Under the pieces are notes generated by a model. It was given only the letters and a program-made list of their open reading frames with translations, was not told the origin of the DNA and did not search any database. DNA of 59,649 bases, the filler included, from Platydemus manokwari (taxonomy: Eukaryota): assembly GCA_037951405.1 (NCBI GenBank). It is 5 parts of 5 records of this genome, joined end to end, with 100 filler letters (N's around TTAATTAATTAA, not from the genome) between each part and the next. Parts side by side here need not be neighbours in the genome. Positions count along the whole stretch, not along the records: positions 43,903 to 59,649 come from JBBMOY011248096.1; 4 more parts are not named here. One strand, written 5' to 3'. A program made the translations under genes and the position numbers. Shown here piece by piece: positions 49,351 through 59,649 of this stretch. Position 1 is the first letter of the stretch. Each line of letters opens with the position of its first letter.

Positions 49351-52300
49351 ACAATTCAAAAATCGAAAACAAAGTACGAATGAAAGTAGGTGAGTTTACT
49401 CATAAATTATAGCTATTAGCAGGCCTAGACAAAAAAGTTCATGTATATGAAGAATGACTTTCAGACATTAGTGAAGTGCTAAGTCTAATTATGAGCTATA
49501 GTTATGAGTAGGAAATATAAATCTAAAAAATGGAGAAATTCATTTGAGTTTTCTTCGAAAAGAATGAAAGTAAATTATAGATTCACTAATCTAACAAAAA
49601 TTCAAATAAATGAAATCAAAGTTGGTCCACAAAAAAATAAACTAAGAAAACCAAATGAAAGGAAAACTTGTAAGGTGTGGAAGAAATAGACAATTAGATA
49701 TTTCATTGTAAACAAAAATATGCAAAGAATTTGGTTTATCAAAAGATAAAAACTAACGACTGACAGAGACAATGATAATGTCTAATCAAAAATCAAAGAC
49801 TGACAATGTGAATGACAGAGACAATAATAACGTCCAATAAAAAAATAAAATCTTTCATATGCGAACAATTCGGTGAGGTCAGGATGACATCTAATTAAAA
49901 TATTAAAGAGAATCATAGTTGAAATAACATGAAAAAGCACAAGTATTTTTTAACTAGGTCGATGATTCGTATGGAAATTCAAAAAGTTAACATAAAATAA
50001 CAATTTTAAATTTAGAAAATTAAGTGAGTCTGCTGAGGACACACACGCAAGCGTGGCATAAGATAATATATAAATAATAACAAACATAATTTTGAAAATC
50101 GTAACTAACCAGAAATTTTGAAATGCCAAAAAGGATTTTTGGTTGAATTAGTAGTTAACTAACGATTATTGATGTAAGACAGTATATGTCACGGATGTTA
50201 TTTGTGATTGCAGCAACCGGAGCTAGTCTCTGTGCTGGTATATTCAGAACAAGGTCGAGATTGTATCAACGTTTATCAAACTTTAAGATATTTATTTTTT
50301 AAACCTCATTGTACCATGATTGACGAACTTGCGTAAAGTTATTAAATAAAACATATTAATCAGAAATAGTATAAGAGTCAGATACACAGAAAGCGTAGGT
50401 CAAGTTTGATTCGATCAAAACATGAATAGTAAAAACAATTAGGCATTACTTAAGATAGTATTTAAAAAAGAGACGATTTAAATGACTTATAAATTATGAT
50501 CAAGTCCATTTTAAGAGGGGAGAAAATAAAGTTTATTTACTCCCCCTAAATTGTTCTGTTATCCTTACACATAGATAAAACTTGCTAATGATATTTAATA
50601 ATAAAACTAATTTATTTCTCACGACTCTTAATAATTATACCTTGTTAATCAGAGTCCAAGAAAATTCTACGTATTATTGAATACCACCTTAACAAATAAT
50701 AAAAATCTCGCCATTTAGCAATTAGATCAAACTTAACACTATGAAGATTAAAAACTAGAATATGTCGCATTTAGGATAAACATAATAAGAAATTTGGTTA
50801 AATTACCGAAACAAACCATTAAAAGGTTCAACAAGTGTTCACTAAACACACGTAGTAACAACTAATCAAAGGTTCTTAAATCAAAGATCACTTATTTGAG
50901 GGTCTTTGGGAATCAATACGTATCAACAAAAAGGAACAAACATTCAGATTGGCTGAAGATATCGAAAGAAAATTTCCAATCAAAATCCTTAAGTAAGATC
51001 TAGAAAGTTTAAACAAATAAAAATCTATTCAAAAGAAATTAATTAATATATAAAAATTAGACTATAAAACGAATTGGCTCTTGGTAGAAATCGCTAGTCT
51101 TTTTAATTGATAATCATGGAGTGTTCTTTCTATCTTTTGAGCGCTAATACCCTTTTGATTGTGATATTTCTTTGACTTTTGTGTTTAGAAATGAACTTTG
51201 AGTGCCTTTATATAAACTGATCTATTATCAACATCAATCTGCACCTTATAAAATAATAAATATATCGAGTTATTTGTGTAGTCAACAAAATGGTAATTAG
51301 TGTTCAGTGGATATCTGAAAATCCACTACTCAATATTAATTAGCATTACATTTATGACTTAGAAAGGTGTTATATTTATGCAAAAATAGAAAGCCCACAA
51401 AAAATAACACTAACTCCAGAAGAAATACAACTTTAATAGCTAACACTAAACCACTAAGTACACAGAGCGATATATCATTTAAGAAATTTGTTTATTTGCA
51501 TGAATTGAACTAAATTTAATGGTATTTTAAAGGGAGCATTTTATATTTCGTCTCACCAAAGCTGGGAATTATTTTGAATACAAATTTTATTAAGAAAATA
51601 GCAATTTAGTAAAAAAATAGGATAAAATGACTATTCGTTGTTAGGTAGAATTTTTAATGTTAGCATGTTGATCTATTAGTAAATAACAGGTTATAAGGTA
51701 ATAAGAAATTATCATGAATGTATGAAATAGCATAGATATTTACAATTATGTTATTCGTCCTTTAGTCTTTCTTTCTAATTGAGTTGATAGCTTTGAAGAT
51801 TTTATAATTATGTTTAAAAACAAGATTCCTTCATTTAGAGCTAAAGATTCATTAGATTTGCTTGATTAATAGCATCATATGAATAATAATGCGACTTGAT
51901 GTTTATATTTCAAAACCAAACCACAACGATAAATTATTCCGAAGCCATTAATATCCAATAGACTATGAAGAGTCGAAAAGTGTTTACGAATCGTTGCAAT
52001 ATTGTTACTACGGGTTAAAAAAATATTTCTTTTTTATTCATTTATATTTATTTTTATTCATTAATAAATTAATAAAAATAATTACATAAATTGTCAAGGT
52101 TGAAATTTGTTTAAACAATATTTATTGTAAAGATTTAAAATATCGATAATATGGATATTTTATATGTTATTTCTGTGGATAAAATCGAAGTAACATACAA
52201 ATATTAATTTATATTATTAAAATTGCTAATTTTTATTATTAAAAAAGGAATGCTGAAGATCACAATTTTGACATGTTTATAAGACAGCAATTGAGTTAAT

Positions 52301-52529
52301 TTTTTCAAATTATTGAAAATTTTTTATAGAATCTGGTTTCAATTTGGGGAAGATATATGAAGATCATATTTCGGTAGATTTAATCGACGTAACATACAAG
52401 TTTAAACTTATATTATTAAACATGAAAGAAAATAACTGTTCGATCCAAAATCGATCCAATAACGAAAAGAATTTAATAACAATCAGTAGCTTTTATAAAA
52501 AAGATCTTACGGAGTTATAAAAACATCAT
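48735..52529 (+). repeat. Dispersed direct repeat of about 395 bp (48735-49130 and 52131-52529)
   Basis: Core 48793-49104 appears identical to 52191-52502; the flanks align but are diverged. Confidence 0.92.
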
Positions 52530-53396
52530 CAATAAAATGAATCAAATAAAAGAAAGATAAAATAAAGAGTAAGCAAATAAATGCAAATTTGATAATAAGT
52601 AATATTAACCAAAGATAATTATACAAAATAATATTAAACGAGAATTACACAAAATAGAATTAAATTACCATTAATTAAAACGTGACATTAAAATAAAATA
52701 TTTGAAAGGTTAAATTAAATATTAATTTGTAGGTTTAAAGAAATAGTGCAAATGTGGTAATTTACAAATAACAATCACAATTACCGTCTATTTCCGGTAA
52801 TTAAAATAAATAAATAGAACGTTTATACTGTAGTAAGTATAAACAACATGATGCACACAGAAGGGATGTGCATGGTTAAAATAAGTATATAAAGAGCGAG
52901 CTGTTTATTTTCATTCATTCAACCAAAGACTTCAAAAGGTAAGAGGTTTTTGGTAAAGTAGCTAGCCTTGCAACAAGTGTAGTTGTACCGTATTAAAATA
53001 TTATAGAAGATATTTTGGTATTAACAGTGCATTAATTAGTATAGTAGTTTATTTTAGTGTGATATTAGTCAGAAATAGATTCGGAGCTAAGGTATTCAGA
53101 AGAAGTATCGGGACTTGGTCCTCGTATTATTAACGTAACTTTATACGGATGTGTTCCCTCAATGTTATTTTTTATGTAAACTGTAATATAAATATATCTT
53201 AGTCAGAAAGAATATGACTAGGAATCAGATTATGAGAATAAGACCGAGCTGTTAAGATACAGTAGTTCTAAACTGAACAAATTTATGGTCAAATGTGAAA
53301 ATTACATTAGTGATAATACATAATACATTCAGATATGATATGTACTTAATTAAACATAAATACTATATATTTGTATAACTTTGGAATTAATAAATA

Positions 53397-53618
53397 TTAA
53401 TATTCTAATATTTCTTTACCATAGATAACATCAATAATTATCGCATTCATATATAATTTATCTAAAGTAACGAAATTCCACATTTTAAAAATTAATAATA
53501 TCACCAAAAATGGAAGTTTATCATCATTTAGGTTTCTCAAAGATCTCAGGATTGAAAATTCAAAAACTGGTATGTATACTAAGTACACTGTCATTAAATT
53601 TACAAACCAACGACGCAT
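53397..53618 (-). mobile_element. Possible Maverick/Polinton minor capsid-like fragment (decayed)
   Basis: Mixed-frame reading SILRSL...FGDIINF..FVTLDKLYMNAIIIDV resembles recalled PLLRxV...FGD...YxPL...IEIDI motifs. Confidence 0.3.
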
Positions 53619-56600
53619 TGCATCTGATAACTTATAATCCCAAAAGATTATTTTTATTTTAATTTAGTATGGAGATTGTGTGAAGCTATAAGCAAAATAT
53701 TTAAAACCAAAAATAACTTATTAAAGATTTTTGACAATTCAAAGTGTTCTCTAAATCAAATTATTTAAAGTCGAACAATATAAAAAGTTTACTTGTTCAA
53801 AACTATATTTCAAAATTACTAACGATGTATGGTGCTTCATTTTTTAGGTTTGAGAGTAGACAGTTATTTTAAACTTAACTCTAACCCATGCTTGGTGTAT
53901 TTAGCAAATAGAATAAGTTGCATGTCTTTATTAGTATTTAAATTTCACGCCTGTCTCTTAGCTACTAGTTTTTTCGATATTCACTTATATTTTATGGAGA
54001 TGGTCCTGGTCAATAAAAGTTAATAATTGATTGAATAACAATGTAGCAAACAAATGTTTACAAATAAATAACAAATAAATAATACAATTAAATAATAAGA
54101 ATAATTGTAAATATTGATATAATAGATAATTAATAAATCATTAATAATGTTAAAACTACATAGAGCAATTGAAAAATAAAACTAGTAACTAGGTGATAAT
54201 ATTAGAAACCAATAGTCAAATTATAAAGAAAATATTAATCACACTTATTAGGATTGCTTGTAAAAAATAATATGACAAAAAAGAGTTGCTTGTTATTTAA
54301 GTAAGAAAATAAGAATGCTTATTCATTACAATAATTACAATAGTTATGTACTAGTAAAACCATAGAGCATATGTAGAGCATACTATAGAATCACTATTTC
54401 AAACTATAGTGAATAGTGACCATACCGGTGCATTACCGTAATAACTGGGGGATTATGTGCTGTAATCATAGATTGTAAAACCGAGTCCTCATCTGACAAG
54501 AATTATTTAAATTCTCCGATTTTTTTACATTTACGAAAAATGTTATATTATATATCTAGGCAGACTGGTTAAGTGCTTTCACTGATGAAGTAACTCTGTT
54601 TAGGGGTAGCCACGCATCAGGCCTAACAAAAATATAGTGCCAAAATAAGATATATAAACAATAAACTTGAATAAAATCAGAATAAACCTACAATAAATAA
54701 CAAGTTAAGGATATATAAGAAACCACTATGAAAATCCTGCTGCATTTCAAGAACTGCTATTTAAATCAAGAGAAATTTAGTACTTTAGAAAACAAATAAA
54801 AGAATTCTTATAGGGATAATAGACTAGTAATATCAAAATAACCGAATTTCCATTTTACAGTAGTCATTGTAATAAAAAACTAAATTTGTTCAAATATAAA
54901 CTTTGAAATGTTCAAAACTCTCACATCAATTCGTCTTCATTTATTGGTAAGAAATGATTCACATAACTTATAAATACACCTCGTATTAGAAGTCAGATTC
55001 TTTTATTTGTTAACTTTGATAAATAATAAATTTCATCTTTCGGTGTGCTTATAAATGTGACGAACTGATGCTTATATTTGGAAACTTAGTCAGTATTTAA
55101 GCTATAAACTAAAGGTGTTATTTCTGTAAATAATTTTTACAAACTGTTACATTAATAAAAGCAAAGTACATGCATGAGCTCTTGACTCACCTCATCATAT
55201 ATATAATCACTGCAATATTTATACATATATTTCACGATAGCTAGGAATCGTTGAGTGCTAAGCAGCTAACTCTATTACTTTTCATTCTCATCATATTCTT
55301 TCAACCAATATTCCTCCAGTAAAGGGAGGTATTACACATGAATTTACAAGACATATTGCACTTAACACTGGTCATCTTAGGTAGATATTTAATAATTGAA
55401 AAGACCAATCGAGAAAAAAAATGTAGGAGTTTCCTCGGCAACTGATGTCCAGGCCTGAACATAGACGTGGAATAAATAACTTTAGATCCTAGAGGAAAAA
55501 GTCACGTACTTAAAGGATTCTAATCTCAAGTGATGAATGTACCAAAATAAATAAATAATTTCTAGGATACATACGGAACTTTAAATGTAAAATCAAAGGT
55601 AGTTTAAAATATCACTTACTTAACCTAAGTACATTTCATGTAATTTAACCTTCATTTAGTATTATTAACCATTATGTTTGCATGTGGCGATTAAATGATG
55701 ATCAAATTTCATTTGGTTTAACCTATTCTTTTAAATCATATAAAGTTGTTATGGAAGATTCATAATTATTCAAAATATATTATCGAACAATCAACATAAC
55801 AGAAAATTAAGTACAAAAATTGAGCAATTTAAGATAACCATAACACTCAAAATTTACCAGAAATCATGTACTTAATCAAATGAGCACTTGATTTCAATAA
55901 TCGATTATTCATTGTCTATCATCCAACGAAATCAAAGGAAAATTAATCAAAAAATTTAATCATATTTGTACTCCTACAATGATTTTAGTGGATAATTTCT
56001 CAATTCGCAAGACATTCATATTTGTGTCTATATTCACTCATTCAGTGTCTTGACAAAATTAATTTAATCGTGCAAATTAATTTGCCTTCGCTAAAAGCAA
56101 ACTTTAATGTTCTCAGAAGCAGAAACAATTAACTTACTTCTTTCTAAATTTTAACTTGACGGTTCATTTTTATAAAGTGGAACGAGACAATAAGCTTTTT
56201 AATCTAATTGTACTGGATTATACTTCTATTGATGTTATCTATTGTTAGTCATAATAACGGTTTTATTGATCAAGTGTTTCATATTTATTTGTACACAACC
56301 TAATTTCTGAGAAGTATCAGATTCATATTGAAATTTATTATAAAATCACAACAGAATCTATTTTGATCGTAAACAGAATTTATGTTATTTCAATAATTTA
56401 AATCAATTAAACTGAACTGGAAACAAGACTGATACTGATATATATAGAAATAAAAGTATTGATGCAAAAAGAGTTTAAAACATAATCACCTAATATATTT
56501 TAATCGAATATGCCTCAAAAACACTGTTAATAAATAAATTTATAAGAGCAACAATAAGAATTTGATTCTGAAGATCTTATTTATAGAAGGGTTTTATGTT

Positions 56601-57584
56601 CCTGTTCATATTGTTGCAAAAAATTTTATAGCATGACCACCTTTAAAATTTTAAAAATATAATTGTTCAAATTTTACGGTAAAGTTTTAACAATAATGTT
56701 TAGTTAATTTGTAATATTTAAATTAGATGACCGGACGAATAAATGTACAGACTTATTTGTCATTTAAAATATATTTAGAGATGAACAATCTATCTATACA
56801 AACATTGCCTGCTATTACAATAGATAGATCGCCTGTGCTATAAGACCTGATATTCCTAAATTTCACAAAATTATCATTATATCAATCACCAAATATTATG
56901 CACCAAAATTATTCCATTTCAGTGTTATACAAATAGTAAAATGAGCGATAAATTCAATAAGCGTAGTGGTAGTACAAATTACTTCTGCAAGATGGCGCCG
57001 AATTCGATGACATTATCTCACAGAAATTTAAAATTAAATCTAATTTTATTACAAGCAAGAATATATCTAATACGAAATGAAAATTATTTAGAACTAAAAT
57101 TTTGATTTCGTACCGATTAAGTGGTAAAATGAAGAATGAATTAAATTTGAAAATGAAGGTAGAAATAATCGTACAGCTTCCATGATAAGTACGATTAATG
57201 TATTTAAAGTTAATCTAACCATTCTTGAAATAGCATGTGCAGAATTGATGTCTGATATTTACCAAATTAAAAATAATAGATTATTCCAATGGAAATGCTT
57301 CGAACATTTTAATTTCCTATAAGAATTTAATAAAAGATTTGAAAAATTCTGTGAATTGAAGTCAATCTTACTATTTTTATCAATCCTTTCTACATTACAA
57401 TAAAAATCGATTTGAATAGCAAAATTCCAAAGCATTTCAGTAATTCTAATAAAAAGGATTTACAAAAGGACAAAGTTTGATGAGGATTTTCAGTTTCAAG
57501 TATTACAATTTGGATTTACTATACTCCACTAACTTGTCCTTTAAAATTTCTTGTATTGGAAATGTTTGAATAAACCATTTTCAT

Positions 57585-57990
57585 TTTAAAATGTTAGATT
57601 GTTAAACCCATCTTATGCGTGGAACAATTGATTAATTTATATAACATTTGTTGACATTTGATGGGTATGAGCGCAAGAAAATATTAAAAATTATTTAATA
57701 AATTAATAGTCAAGTATTAGCGCTTACAACTTAACACTATGGGACTCCCCAGCCTAATTGAAGCGTTTCTGAAACATGGCTTTTCCAGAGATTCCTGTTA
57801 AATATGATTTACATTATTATTGGTGGTTGACATATGAAATAGTTCATTGACCTATGCAGATGTATTGTTCATATAGCACGTTCTCAAATTAAATAGAATA
57901 ATTTCTTGGATTGTGGATAATTATAGCAGAAAAATCATAATCTCAGACACTAATAAATCATAATAAATAAACTCTCGTGTACCAGAATAA
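57585..57990 (+). mobile_element. Possible Maverick/Polinton protein-primed DNA polymerase B relic
   Basis: FKMLDC*THLM (57585), GLPSLIEAFLK (57742) and IIGG (57816) occur in the order of recalled pPolB motifs FxDSxxFM, PxLSWDAMLK and IRGG; heavily decayed. Confidence 0.35.
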
Positions 57991-59649
57991 TCTTTAAAAT
58001 GAACCTCATTGAACTACGCACTAAAAATAAATTTCCGTGCTATCAAAACAGACTTATAGTGATTTAATTTATTAGTAATACAGATTCGATGAAGGTGACT
58101 GAGAAAATCTAATATTTTATCGATTTCAATCGTGCATTATTGCAATTTATGGAAATTTAATTTTATGCTTTAGAGGATGTTCCCAATTTTAACACAGTAG
58201 GGACTCAGTAATAAATATCAAAGAGATCAAATAAATTATATTAATTTTAAATATTTTAATCAGACCCAGTTTCTCCTTACAAAACCAGTTCTACTAAAAA
58301 TCGAAAGAATCCATAAGAGTCTATTGAAATTAGTTCTGTTTGAAAGAACAAAAATAGATTAAAGTAGAATAATTCATATGTATGATAAATAAGTACTGAA
58401 CAAAAATCTATAAAATCCTTCAATCAATGAAAAACGATAGGAGTCACCAACCACGGATTTTGCTCAAAAACAATTGTTCAGAAATTTGAGCAAAAAGTGA
58501 AACAATCAATTTCTAAGAACAAGGAAAACATTATTACCCGCCTCGCCTTCAAGAAGTTAAATCAAAACGTTAAGTTAAAATATGTGATAAATATATGTTT
58601 AGTTTGCACATAAAAATTAGATAACACATAGAAAAGTATTCTCTAAATATTCAAGATACTAAAAATATGACAAGATTAAATGAATAATAAAAATTCTATT
58701 TTCATTTTATTATTTTTATTACAAATGGTGACTCTAATTCTAAAAAGTAAAGCTAGTTTAGATTGTGTCAACTAAAACGTGAATCAAGAGTTACATGAAA
58801 AGAACTCTATAAATACACCTAGTAATTTAGGAACACATAAATTTACAGTATCACCTTTTGGTTAAAAAATAATTAAGGGAAATAATTATTGATTAAAGTT
58901 TGAATTTTTAACAAATCATTAACCTTAAATTTAAATCAAAGTGAGAAATATTATATTTCGAAGAATCAAAGTTTTGGAAAATTACACTTAGAATAATTAA
59001 TTTGGTTTAGTTTTTAATTGCGCATAAGGTTTTTAATTTCTAAACCAAAAATATAATTAATTCAGTTTTGAAATTTTTTAAATTCAACAGTTATGCACAA
59101 CGATAATTTTTAAATTGATTGAAGTGGTCTCTTGATTAATAAGGTACATTGTTAATACGAAATATATTGATCACTTTGGACGAAATAAGATATTAATTTA
59201 AGATTGCGCAATAATTTCTTAAATTTAAAATTAATCAACATTCTTTTTAATTTTTTCTAATTGTGATATATCATAATACATTGTGGATAAAATAGATAAA
59301 CTACAAAAATGTAAACATATTTTTTAAAAAAATGAACAAAATAAAAAAAAATAACATTACCAAATCTCAGAGACGCCATTAATTAACAAAGACTAAAAAT
59401 TAAAAAATGAATAGATAATAACCTAAGTTAAACAAATTTAATTTTAAATTTTATATACCAATAAAAAAAATTTCAGATAAATAAAATTTAGATGGTTAAA
59501 GTGAAATAAAAAAAAATTTATGTGATTACAAATGACGTTTATTTTTAGATTTTAAGAATAAAAATAAAAGAAACCAAATCATTGTAAAATCAATTTCAAT
59601 TTTAAAATAGTGACACCTAATGATAATAGTTACCACTCTTCAACGATAA

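Noticed and set aside
50514-50547. GGGGAG...CTCCCC hairpin resembling a terminator or Helitron end
   Set aside because: Eukaryotic context; no CTRR 3' end or associated gene.

Overview
AT-rich animal genomic DNA with short (mostly 44-62 nt) GT-AG introns; the PRDM1/Blimp-1 gene shows it is metazoan, and a planarian-like flatworm is a guess only. The window is not one molecule: four artificial 100-nt linkers (44 N + TTAATTAATTAA + 44 N) join at least five contigs, and there is one ordinary N gap. I reconstructed five spliced genes by hand: proteasome alpha-5 (876-1754 +), two head-to-head kinesin-1-derived genes with an intact P-loop but degenerate switch I/II (15566-17634 - and 18413-20874 +), PRDM1/Blimp-1 with a shrunken PR domain (30502-31839 -) and ZCCHC7/Air1-2 (38282-41807 +). 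Also present are two orphan membrane-protein ORFs, a PAM2-motif (PAIP2-like) exon or pseudogene missed by the ORF track, decayed Maverick/Polinton fragments in the last contig, a hammerhead-ribozyme core and an unexplained GC-rich structured island. A 39-bp intronic minisatellite carries two inverted hAT MITEs whose swapped 8-bp TSDs record a 74-bp inversion. The best candidate for an undescribed system is the divergent pair of probable pseudo-kinesins. All calls were made by eye; no searches were run.
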